A DNA stretch of 63,358 bases, the filler included, from Hausera hauseri (lineage: Eukaryota): the NCBI GenBank assembly GCA_046269625.1. It is 11 parts of 11 records of this genome, joined end to end, with 100 filler letters (N's around TTAATTAATTAA, not from the genome) between each part and the next. Parts side by side here need not be neighbours in the genome. Positions count along the whole stretch, not along the records: positions 1 to 4,127 come from JBJURY010744543.1; positions 4,228 to 8,760 come from JBJURY010538675.1; positions 8,861 to 20,423 come from JBJURY010091098.1; 8 more parts are not named here. The stretch is one strand, 5' to 3'. The first letter of the stretch is position 1. Every line of letters starts with the position of its first letter. The notes beneath the pieces are model-generated. The model saw only the letters and a list, made by a program, of their open reading frames with translations. It ran no database searches and was not told where the DNA came from. The translations under genes were made by a program, and so were the position numbers. Of this stretch, positions 1 through 11,972 are shown piece after piece.

Positions 1-3000
1 ATTACTACTCAACTAAATAATCTTAATTGGCCTCGACGAAGTGAAACCAGACCTTCAAGGGAGAGAAGTGTTTCCGGATACTCTGCTCGATCCATTTCAC
101 CTGGCGGAATCACGACTTGCTTTTATCGCACGCGATTTTGAAGGCATGCTCGGAAGTTTTTTTGGGTTGTCGGTTCTACGACAAACGGTACACTGTGGAC
201 AACCCCATTTGCGTCTATCACAATAAGTTTCAGTCACGGGCTAGATCATGTGTGCCTGATTGTAAACATTACAACGATAAATTTCTTCGCTTTTCCTCCT
301 TCTCTTCCCTTTCTCCAAAACCTTCATAAAATTAATAACGCCGCCAGCTTTTACCGCACATTCTGGCGCAGGCAATATCGCTCAATCTTCTGGCCGTTTC
401 AACACTGCCTCTGCAGACTTCCTGTTAAAAGCTGTGCTGTCATGCAGAGATTCTTCACACACCCACTTCGTTATTGACTCAGGAGCTGCCTTTTCGCTCC
501 TTTCCTTGTCCTTTGTTCCTATACGGACTATGATTTCCTGTCCACCAATTTTTACTGCCAGTGGTCAACCGTTGCATGTTGCAGGAACCACAGAATTGGC
601 TTTCACATTCGTCAACTTGCCAGATACGTTTTTCTGGAAGTTCCACGTGACCAACATTAAATCTCCCATAATAGTCTCACATTTTCTAGCCGCACATGAT
701 CTATTGGTCGATTTCAAATACAGCTGTCTTTTAAGCAGGAAATCGATTGCAACTCCAAACACGTGTCTCGTAGACAACTTAGCGAGCAATTCGTTGCACT
801 CATCCGTGAACATGTTAAACTCTTTGTCATCTATAAAAATTTCCGATAAAGTCGGTTATATTTCAATTATGAATGACAATCATAAATCTATTCTAAAACA
901 AAAATACAAATTAGGCGTCGATAGTAGCGATACCAGTTCCTTTTTGTCAATTACTGGTGCTGTTCTCTCTAATTATATGCCTCATGCATTCTTGTCATTA
1001 GACTCCAATTTTAAATCATACGTTACAACGTCTTGCTTTAGCATAGTTAAAAGGGACGTCAACTTTAAGCTTTCATCCACAGCTTATTATCACTTGGTAA
1101 CAGAGCATCAGAGGCCGATCAAACAAAAGGTCAGACCTTTGTCGCCACGCAGACGTAAAGTTGTGGAACAGGAATTTAATGAACTGGAAAGGTCTGGCAT
1201 CATTCGGAGATCGAATTCACTGTGGGCTTCTCCTCTCTATGTAGTGGTGAAGAAAGATGATACCTAAAAGCCATGTGCCAACTATCGACAATTAAACAAT
1301 CTAACTATTACTCATGCCTATCCACTACCACTCATTAAAGATATTCTTCATGGCCTGAACAACACCAATACCTATTCTACCATTGATCTGCACAAAGCCT
1401 ACCATCAAATTCCTGTTGCCCCAAATGACATTCCAAAAACTGCTGTCATCACACCATTCTGTCTTTACGAATACATCTTCACGCCTTTCGGCTTACGTAG
1501 TGCATCTCAGACCTTTCAGCGCCACATTGACACTGTTCTTTCTGGTCTTGATTTTGCTCACCCATACACAGATGACATATTAGTCACTTCCAGCTTCATC
1601 AAACAACATCATGAGCACCTTAGAATTATCTTCCACAGATTGCATCAAAGCAACCTGCAAATTAATTTCGCCAAATGCAATTTTTTCCAGAAACGCGTCA
1701 ACTTCTTAGACCACATAATTGTTCCCGAAGGGCATTCGCCCCAGACCGATAGCTTACAACAGTTAAAAAATGTGACCTTCCCAACCACTACTACCGATAT
1801 GACGAGTTTTCTAGGGACATTGAATTTCGTACACAAATACATGCCACACTGCTCCGAACTAACGGCATCTTTCGCACACCTCTCCTCTGGGAAGAAAAGG
1901 CAATTAATCCATTGGATTCCCGATCTTCTAAACCAATTTGATCGCCTTCGTGAAGGTCTGAAAACTGTGGAAATCTTGGTCTTTCCAAAGCCAATCGCTG
2001 AACTAATATTAACTACCGATGCTTCAACCACAGCAACTGGTCCGACATTACACCAAATATGCAATGGCGTCGATAAACTATTAGAATTCTATTTCAGAAA
2101 GCTCACGCAACCGGAAAACTGATACTCATCATTCGATCATGAACTCTTGGCTGTAGTTCTAGCGGTAAAGCACGTCAAGCACTTGCTTCTTTCACGTCAA
2201 TTTACCATCCAAACCCACCATAAGCCTTTACATCAATAATGACCTTGAAGCAGTCCTCGTTCAGACAAAAACGACAGATATCGTACCTGTCTACGTTTAA
2301 TTTTTCCATGAAATATATTTCAGGCACCAAAAATTTAGTAGCAAACTTTCTTTCGTGATCGGTTAACTCAATTACAGTTCATCCAACTTTCTCCTATGAG
2401 GTCCTGAGAAGCAATCAGACATCATCTGATATTCGCCAAGCTTTCAAATCTGTTATAATCATCGATGGCATCGCTAATGATACCTCCAACTCCACCAATT
2501 ATTCTTGCTCCATCGTTGCAAAAGACAGCTTTCAATCACTTTCATTCTCTTCATCAGCCGGGTTCAAACGCCACATTTCGTTTACTGCAACACCACATTG
2601 TATAGCCAACTATGCGTAACGATGTACAGATCTGGGTTAAGGGATGTGTAGCACGTCAACAATACGATGTTCATAAACAGCTCAAGCCACCACTCTACCA
2701 CTTTCCTTGCACTTCTCGTTTTGAAACTATGCATTCAAATCTTGTTGGTCCTCTACCTATCGACAGTGGTTATCAATATATCTTATCCATGATGAATCGT
2801 GCTTTCGCTGGCCTAAAGCCGTCCCGCTTCAATCAACCAACACCGACTCAGTAGCAGATACATTTATCAAGATATGGGTCAGCCGTTTTGGCTCACCACG
2901 TCACATCATAACAGACCAGGGTCCGCAATTTGAAGTTAATTTTTTCGAATCTCTTGTAAAGCACTTGGGTATAGCTTATCTCCATACGACTCCGTACCAT

Positions 3001-3900
3001 CCCCAAGCAAATCGTCTTCTCGAGAGATTTCATTGTAACATGAAGATTTCCTTAAAAAACCTGGCAAACAACTATCATAACTGGACCTGAATTCTTCCTC
3101 TTGTCCTACTCGGTTGGCGCAACACGTCATCCACCACCACAGGCTGTGCTCCAGCTAAGGCTCCCTTTGGGACACCAGTTCGTGCACTATTTGTTCTCTC
3201 CAATCTGTATGAAAGTTCGTCAGATGAAGTTATTCGTGCGGCACAGTCCCACTTTGCTGATTTCAACTCAAATGCTTTCTGCCGTATTATAAATAAAGAC
3301 AAATACGCAGCCAAGTTTGTATGGCCAAAGGATCCATCACCTTCTAGTTTTCGGCCCCAATATGTTGGCCCTTACAAATTACTGAACCTTTCTTCGCACG
3401 TCGCTACTATTTTACGCAAGGACAAACCTCAAAACGTACATATCTCTAATCTCAAGTCAGCATTCTTCATTGACGATAACCCGAATAACAGCCTTGTTTC
3501 AAATCCCACTTCTAACTTCTCCACCCTCGATCCATCACATAATTTCCTTGATGATTTTAATCATTCGCAGCATTCACTCTCGCGTCGCAATCAGCTCTCT
3601 TCACTTCCGTCATCATCCACTGCTCCCTCACCATCTGCCTCTCCGTCATTGCCTGCACATCCACCACTCATTTCATCTTTATCGCACGATTCGCTGCTAT
3701 CTCCAGTCTCGTCTTCTTCGCGTGATTCTTTACCTTTTTCAGCTTCTTCTCCACTTTCATCTCTTATGAAGCATCCTCCAGCACCACAAAATCCTCAGTA
3801 TTTCTCCCTCAAACAACTCCACAAGCACCAGTAACGTCTAACAGGTAACGCCAAGTGACATTGAGTACTTACAGAAAGGAGAATTTCATCGATGGAATCC
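1..3900 (+). mobile_element. Decayed Ty3/Gypsy (Mag-like) LTR retrotransposon, copy A: gag C-terminus, PR, RT, RNase H, integrase
   Basis: Gag knuckle CVYHNKFQSRARSCVPDC; protease FVIDSGAAFSLL; RT SNSLWASPLYVVVKKD...DLHKAYHQIP...YTDDILV; RNase H LTTDAS; integrase LVGPLP...ITDQGPQFE and YVGPYK. Many stops and frameshifts. Confidence 0.93.
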
Positions 3901-4127
3901 AATGTCTAACACGTACCAAAACCGAACAGGTATAAGTTCTTCTTTTTCCTATTATAATCTCCATTTCTTCTTCTTTTTACAGTCTTCATCTGGCCACTGA
4001 GAGTGATGTGATGCCCCGGTCGCGGGCTTAGCTCGCTTTTCAGAGGCACAAATTCAACTCCAAGCGGATATAGCAATCTCTCCAACAAGTGACAGTTTCG
4101 GAATCGTCAGTTGAATCAAACGATGAA

Positions 4128-4227
4128 NNNNNNNNNNNNNNNNNNNNNNNNNNNNNNNNNNNNNNNNNNNNTTAATTAATTAANNNNNNNNNNNNNNNNN
4201 NNNNNNNNNNNNNNNNNNNNNNNNNNN
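4128..4227. other. Artificial contig spacer (N44-TTAATTAATTAA-N44)
   Basis: Identical 100-nt spacers at 4128-4227, 8761-8860, 20424-20523, 24570-24669, 28884-28983, 36866-36965, 41847-41946, 47338-47437, 51444-51543 and 59183-59282. 10-N scaffold gaps at 11049-11058 and 22383-22392. Confidence 0.99.
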
Positions 4228-4346
4228 TTGCCAGGCACTTTATGGATCGATAGTGCTCCGGGTGCACTATCGATCGGCACATGTGCAAAATCGATTTATC
4301 GATTACCCCCGGGGGGGTGGGGCAGAACCGCCATTTTCCCCCTACT
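4228..4346 (-). repeat. Maverick/Polinton terminal inverted repeat end
   Basis: The minus strand reads 5'-AGTAGGGGGAAAATGGCGGTTCTGCCCCACC from 4346, an AG/AGTAG-type Polinton terminus. It is clearly homologous to 29277-29383 on the Maverick contig and has an internal hairpin GATCGATAGTGC...GCACTATCGATC. Confidence 0.7.
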
Positions 4347-5149
4347 CATACCGATACGGGGACTGAGATGAAATATCAATTTTGCAAGGAAACTAATCTT
4401 GATACATATAACGCATTAAATAATATCTATACGACTAAAGTAAGAAGTCTAGGGAAATCAACATACAAACACACACTAACAATCAGCGAAAGTTTAGATG
4501 AAAATATTCTGAACTGTACTTTACCGATGACCAATACAACGAGGTCACTATTCCCGTTTACGTAACAATGCTACACATCTATCTCAAATGTGTGTGGTAA
4601 AGTCATTCACCAAATCAAACATACATATTTATTATGATCATTTAAATACAAAAATCATAAACATCAAAAGACAACATACCAAGAAGGATTGCCCGAATTA
4701 CCTTTATCAAAAGGTAATTATGATAGATATTTACATATCGGTATTCCATAATTTAAATTGCGAAATGATGCTGGTAATTCACATGAGTGTTATATGTTAT
4801 CTCAGAGTTATGATACCCCTAATCAGGAAAGAGCTGTCTTCATCATCGAGAAATGGTCCCGGTCTTAATGCGCAACCGATGAGTGATTTTGTTGGGGATC
4901 CGAGCGTGCCCGGCCCCGCTGCACCGCATCCCTTATCCCTGTTTTTTCTTTTAATAAAATAAACCTCTATACTTTCAGTGCAACAAACAAAGAGACTTTA
5001 CATTGTCTATACAGATATTTAGCCCTCATGCTTCACACCCCGGGTTTTTATTTGTCGTATCATGGCTCCATACTCAACATCTATGACCGACTTTCTTCTT
5101 TTTCCACCTTAATCATCCACCTCACTCTCCACTTTAGTCCACGGGGTGG

Positions 5150-8100
5150 GTCGGACCCCGATCCTTCTTATGTTAAAAACCCTACCAAGACCAGATCTGG
5201 TCGTCATCATGCCGACCCCACACCAAATACATCTCCACATCTTCCTTGCACAGATTTTTTCTTGATAAAACCAATTCGAGCCGCACCTGGCTACAATTCC
5301 ATTTGCAATAGCTTAAAGCCAATCACATCACAGATTTCTTCTTGCGCGCGAACAGCTTGCTGCTTCTTCTTCCAGAAAATATTAAGCTGCAAATAAATAA
5401 TCTTTCCGATATACTAACCTCTTCAAATCCATATTATATGCTTTATAAATCAGTCTTACATATTATTGACTCTTCCATTGAGAGCATAATACGAATACTT
5501 CAGTGAACATGCCATCGGAAATCAAAAACCGTCAGATTTCCTTAAAACTGCAATTTCTCAACTGAGTTCCTCAGGCGTCACTCCTACAAACAATGCCGAT
5601 CTTCTTCGCCGGTATTTTCTTTCATCCTTACCAACCTCCATCAGAGTAGACGATTTAACGGCACTCGACAAAACTTGCTTTACTGGCAGACAGAAGTTTC
5701 GACATCTTGCAATCAAATGATTCACAACCAGTAGCTGCAGCAACCGCTCACACACCATCACACCCAGATAACATTTTATTTTTACAACAACTGCAAATGA
5801 TGCAGAAACAGTTTGACACACTTCAACAAGCGATATCTTCGATTACAGCCCAACTTGGTGAGTTATCTGTTCCTCGAAGAAGCGAAAACCGTGTTTCGCG
5901 TAACCGTAGCCTTTCCAGGCACTCCTTTCGGCCTAAATATCGAGATGGAAGAATGACTTGTTTTTATCATAATAAATTCCACAAAGACGCAAGAAAGTGT
6001 GTTTTAGGCTGTCTATTTTACGACGAACGTTATCAGTAGACAACCCAATCTGCATTTATCACACAAAATACCAATCTCAGGCTAGGTCGTATGTGCCAGT
6101 ATGCAAATATTATAAAAAGAATTCTAGTTTTTCTCCATCTTCTTCGCCTCCTTGTACTCATCATTCCTCTTCTTTTTCCCAACAAGCCTCAAAAAACTAA
6201 TAACGCCGCCAGGTGACACAACACATTCTGGTGTTGACAATACCTTTCAATCCTCTGTCCGTATAAACACAGCCTCTGCAGTCTTTCTGTTGAAAGCTGC
6301 ACTGTTATTCAGAGACACCTCATATATCGACTTCCTTATCGATTCACGAGCCGCCTTTCCGCTACTTCCCTTATCCTTCACTCCTATATCCTGTATAATT
6401 TCCCGTCCGCCTCTCTTCACTGCCAGTAGCAACCGCTACACATTGCAGGAACCACGGAACTGTCTTTCACGTTATACAACTTGCCAGACAAGATTGGAAG
6501 TTCCACGTGGCAAATATTAAATCCCCCATAATGGGCTCAGATTTTCTGCCCGCACATGATCTGGTAGTTGACTGCAAGTATCGCTGTCTTCTCCGCAGAG
6601 ATTCCGTCGTGAATGCTAACAGATATCTTCTAAACAGCCCAGTAAAAACTCCGTTGTTTTCGGCTGTTAACTCACGTGAGAATTTGAAAACTTGTTCGTC
6701 GGCTAACAACGGTACCTTCAATAATCTATCCATTTCTTCTATTACATCAAACGCAGCTAAGTCGGCTTTAAAACAACCGAGTAAACGGAATGTGGATGTG
6801 GCAGTTGCGGTTCTTCTTCGCCCACACCATCCACTGTCGCGTCCGATGATGTATCTCAATCATTCTCATAGCTGGATTGCAATCTCAGATCCTATATTAC
6901 AACTTCTTGCTTCGGCACACTCAAAAAGGACGTCAATTTCAAGCCGTCTTCTACTACTTATCACCACATAGTCATTGAACACCAAAGATCTATCAAACAA
7001 AAGATCATACCACTGTCTCCTCGTAGGCAAAAAGTCGTTGAATCAGAGTTCAATGAACCCGAAAAGGCTGGCACTATTCAAAGATTCAAATCTCCATGGG
7101 CTTCACTTTTGCATGTAGTGACAAAGAAAAATGGTACTTACAGACCATGTGGTGAATATCGGCAGTTAAATAACCTAATAGCCCTGGATGCTTACCCTTT
7201 ACGTCTCATAAAGGACATCCTGCATAGTCTTACCAACACTAACACGCACTCCACAATTACTTGCATGAAGCTTATCATCAAATTCCGGTTGCACCCGATG
7301 ATATTCCAAAAATGCTGTTGTTACTCCATTTTTCCTCAATGAATATATCTTTATAACATTTGGTTTACGTAGTGCTTCCCAAACTTTTCAACGACACATT
7401 GATACCGTCCTTTCAGGCCTTGACTTTGCTCATCCATATATTGATGACATATTAGTTGCTTTCACATCTTTGAAACAACATCAAGAACACCTCCGTATTA
7501 CCTTTCACAGATTACATCACAGCAATTTGGAAGTCAATTTTTCCAAATGTCATTTTTTTCAAAAAACGTGTTAATTTCCTGGGCCACTTGATCACTCCTA
7601 ACAGCCACTCTCCACAACCGGATCGACTACAACAATTAAAACACAACACTATCAACAACTACTACGGATATGAGGAGTTTCTTAGGCACGTTTCACTTCA
7701 TCCACAAATACGTACCGCATTGTTCTACGCTTACAGCACATTTCGCACATCTATCATCCGCAAAAAAGAGGCATTTGATTCACTGGACTCCTGATTTAGT
7801 CACCAAATTTTATTACTTACGCGGAGGCCTAAAAACCGTCGAAATACTAGCCTATCCAAAGCCCAACGCAGATGTTATACTTACCACCGAAGCCTCTACC
7901 ATAGCTACCGGGGCAGTACTACACCAGATCTCTAATGGTGTCGACGAACCATTAGAAGTTTACTCTAATAAGCTTACACAACCCGAAAGCCGTTATTCAA
8001 CATTTGACCGTGAGTTAATCGCCATAGTTATGGCAGTAAAACATTCCAAACACCTACTTCTTTCTCGTCCATTTGTTATTCAAACTGACCAGAAGTTGCT

Positions 8101-8760
8101 CCTGCACATCATGTCGTTAAAACAATCATCGCCGAGGCAAGAGCGACATACATCATGTCTATCTACGTTCAGTTTTGTTTTGCAATACATCTCAGGCACA
8201 GATAATTTGGTGGCAGATTTTTTATCGAAGTCGGTTGGCTCCATTACAGTTAAGCCGATTTTCTCATCCGAAGTTTTAAAGGCAAATCAACCGTCTGCTG
8301 GCTTCCTTAGTTCCTTCAAATGCTTCGAGATCATTGATGGTATTGCTTTTGATACGTTGAATACCGGTAATAAAAAAATCATTCTAGCACTACCTTTACA
8401 AAAGCCAGCTTTTGTTCATACGCATTCAGTCCATCATCCAGGTTGGAAAGCAACCTTTCGCCTGCTTCAGCGTCAAGTAGTTTTGTCATCAATGCGCAAA
8501 GATGTACAAGGCTAAGTTAAAGAATGCGTAGCCAGTCAAAAATACAAAATCAAAAAACCCTTAAACTGCCGCTTTACCATTTCCCTTGTACATCATGCTT
8601 TCATACAGTTCATCTTGATCCCGTTGGCCCTTTAATTTCTGACAACGAATATCAATATATCCTTACAATGATAGATCGTGCTTCTCGCTGGCCTGAAGCC
8701 CTTCCTATTCGTTCATCGAAAACTGATTCAGTAGATGACTCCTTTATAAAAATCTGGATC
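5150..8760 (+). mobile_element. Decayed Ty3/Gypsy retrotransposon, copy B (gag, PR, RT, RNase H, part of integrase)
   Basis: Gag KPSDFLK...LLRRYFLSSLP with two CHCC knuckles; PR FLIDSRAA; RT SKSPWASLLHVVTKKNGTYRPCGEYR and YIDDILV; RH YSTFDRELIAI; IN HHPG, VHLDPVGPL, RWPEALP. Collinear with copy A. Confidence 0.93.
6191..6235 (+). promoter_or_regulatory. -1 programmed ribosomal frameshift signal (A AAA AAC plus downstream stem) at the gag/pol junction
   Basis: Gag ends TCA AAA AAC TAA (stop 6198-6200). The -1 frame continues into the protease (LKKLITPP...FLIDS). Downstream GCCAG...CTGGT pairing. Confidence 0.75.
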
Positions 8761-8860
8761 NNNNNNNNNNNNNNNNNNNNNNNNNNNNNNNNNNNNNNNN
8801 NNNNTTAATTAATTAANNNNNNNNNNNNNNNNNNNNNNNNNNNNNNNNNNNNNNNNNNNN

Positions 8861-10530
8861 ATGGTAGTAAGAAAAAGGTTTGTTTAACGATTTTTTTAAT
8901 ATCGGCTTTTGAGTTGCGTTCATCTGTACGGCAGCCAAAATTGTGTCGTCGTGATAAAATCGCTCCTTATTGCGACCAATTGTTAAACAGCGTTGTTTGC
9001 AATCGACAAGGAGGTTATAGTGCGAAAGAAAATCAGAACCTAAAATGGCTCTTTGGACATTTGCAACGTAAATGTCCAGCGGAACATTTGAGTAAATTTC
9101 GGAAGGATAAAAGAAAGCATACATGTATCGAAAACGTGTAGCGTTTGTCCGGAAGCTGTAAATAAAGGTTTCATTTTTGATGGAGTGTGTTGAGTTGGGA
9201 AGGTGAGCGGTAGTAAAGAAATCGCTGCACCTGAATAGATAAGAAAATTTATTTGTTGAGATGTCGGTGCGACGGTGGAGGCTTTTAATGTGAACACGGT
9301 GAAAAAAATTTTTCGGCTATTAGGAAGTGAAGAGTTGCTTTCTCCAGTACTTGCCGAAAACTCTGGTGGCGAAGTTAGTTTTTTAAAAAAGGAGAACCTG
9401 GGGGACTGTTAGAAATGAAAGTTGTACGTTCGTCATTTGCATAGTGGGGTTTGTTTTTAAACGTGCAACCTGGGATGCATTTGCGTGCATTATGTCTGAA
9501 TTTTGTATGATAAATGCAAATGACGGTGTCTATATGGTATCTGTGATCATAAAATTTGCACCCTAGGTGGCATTTTTGTGTTTTGTTGTCGAATCTACCA
9601 TGGTAATAACAAATCGATGGTCGTCCAGGTGAAGGGAACGACCACGAGATACTGAACGGTTACGGTCACGTATGAAACCCTCACGTTGAGTCAATGAAAT
9701 CTCGTTCAGTTTATTATTGATATTGTTTATTATTGTTTGTAGGGCTGCATTTTCGGCTCATAGTTGATTTAACTGGTGTTCGATGGATGCATGTCGTTGA
9801 TCGTCATTATTCGTGATAGCGGCTGATATGATAGGTTGTGATTGGATTTGTAAGACTTCGTGTGCTTTATCGGTCAATTCAACTAGCTAATCTAAGACTG
9901 CAGAATCTTCAACGACTGTTATCAAAGCACTGATCTGAATTGGTAAAGCGTTAAGGAAATATCGTCGAAGTAGATCAGGGTTATGTTCCTTGGTGACGCC
10001 TAGAGTACGTAAGTGAGCCAATGAGGTGCGTAGGAAATCGCTAGGTTTTTGTTCTCATTGCGTTTTTATTAAAGAAACGCTGCATTATTAAATCAATTGA
10101 TGGTTCTGTCTGTTTTAACACAGCATCGAACGATTGTGTATAAAAGTCGGGGTGTTGAAAGATGTCCAGTAAGTTATGGATTGAGGTCTTTATAGAGTTT
10201 GGTAGAAGATAAAGTAGATTATGAGCTTTGGATAACGAGTCTATGATACAGTTGGACTGTAACCAGAGTTGATGGAAGTGGAGCCAGGTTTTGCTAGACT
10301 TCTCATTGTCTATAAATTATTCAGTGCAATATGGGGAAGTATTGATAGGATTTTTGTGAGAAGAATTTGCATCGGTTGAAGTAGGTGGATAGTTTGGTTT
10401 GGGATAGTACAGAATGGGTTTGGTTTTAGTGGTCGCTTTATCGGTGGCGTCACTAGTTAGTGGAGCAATCATACCGCCGCGGACTCTAGGATTGACGTGC
10501 ATACATAATTGGTGATGTGAGGCCATGATT
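8861..10530 (-). mobile_element. Decayed Ty3/Gypsy retrotransposon, copy C (gag plus protease)
   Basis: PR INFLIYSGAAISLLP and ILGSDFLSHYNLLVDCKQRCL; gag with twin CHCC knuckles; TTTTTTAAAAAACTAA frameshift site at 9390-9375. Confidence 0.88.
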
Positions 10531-11972
10531 TGTATAAGGCCGGTTAAAATAAAACCGTTGTGAGTCAGGTAAAAATTTGTATAGCGTATAATTGTGATGT
10601 TTCCATACGTTGTGTGATATATACGGCTTGTATTAAGGTATTATTGACATAAAGGGAGAATGAAAACAGCGATGATAGACGGCAAGATGGGTAGAGTGGT
10701 ATGTCAACGTGGTCGTACGACGTTAAGAGGGTTACCTTGCGCTAATGTGCCTCGATTCCATTTTGTCTCATAACAGATCCATTAATTTCCATAGATGGTT
10801 CGGTATTGGGTTTGAACGGTTTGGTATGACGAGGTACGAGTGGTGAGTATTTAACGATGCCACAATGTTGCTGGGCCATTATATTAAATTTTATGTAGTC
10901 ATCGTCGAGTTCAATTTTGCCCAAAGAAACTAATTTAGATTTCAATGTAGAATGAGTAATTTTGTCTACAGTAGCAAAATATGTCAAGAAGCAATGCAGT
11001 GGACAAAGGATAAAGTGAAGCAGCGGTTGAATAGAGTAAACGAAATTTNNNNNNNNNNAATTTATCATCTGAGAATTAAAGAAAAGTGTTTTGCTGAAAT
11101 GATTTAGGATTCCAAGGGTGGCAGGAGTCATGTCAGAATAATAACAATGTGTCACCAAAGGACACCTTCACTAAATAAAAGTTGTAGGTCAAAAATTCGA
11201 GACGACGAAAAACGGGCGGAATCATAAAAGGCATAGAAAAGGTAATGCTGCCAACATAGACCGGTAACCATTTCAATAAAATTGAAGTAGCGAATAGAAA
11301 TTACAATACCCAAACTTTGGCTTGCCTCTATTCTCTTCACCTCGGCGTAAATATTGATGGTATTCTTACAGAAAACGGCCAATGTCGTTAAATTGTGATT
11401 CGAAATGGACATAGATAGGAATATTATCCAATAAATAACACCGCGCCGTAAGTCTAGTGCGTCAGGTAATTCCTTGTGGAAAAAGCGCAGAAAAGTTTGA
11501 ATGGTCTTAAATCGCCAATTCGGAAATTCTTGTTTGATATTTAGCAGAACCACATGGGGTTTTATAATTGAAACAGTTTGATTATTCACGACTCCAACAA
11601 AATCTCGTTTATATTCGTCATATTTGGCTTTACAATCAACAAGAGAAAATATGGTAATTTTCGGTTGATTATTTTCGCCAATTTTTTTACCGATGCTAAA
11701 GATGTAAAATGTTGCCCTTCCAATTGATCGTCATTCAGAAAAGGTTCTATATTTATGATCATATTGAACAATGAAACGTGATCAGGTATCGGATAGAGTA
11801 AAGCATTCGGTAATCCAAACGGACTACTCCTGTCAACACCAAAATACTGTTTGATATCACTAAATTACTGGTTTATCGACAAAGCAAACGCACATGACGT
11901 CTGCACATAATACGTCTGCTTCTTTGCTAATTTCACATCTACGGCAACATAGAACACAGATACCACGTCGCT

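Noticed and set aside
3470-3834. His/Leu-rich ORFs after the Gypsy integrase as an env or extra gene
   Set aside because: Alternative frames of a Ser/Pro low-complexity integrase tail; no signal peptide/TM envelope architecture.
4172-4183. Recurring TTAATTAATTAA motif and ORFs running into N-runs
   Set aside because: Synthetic all-frame stop linker between contigs; not biological.
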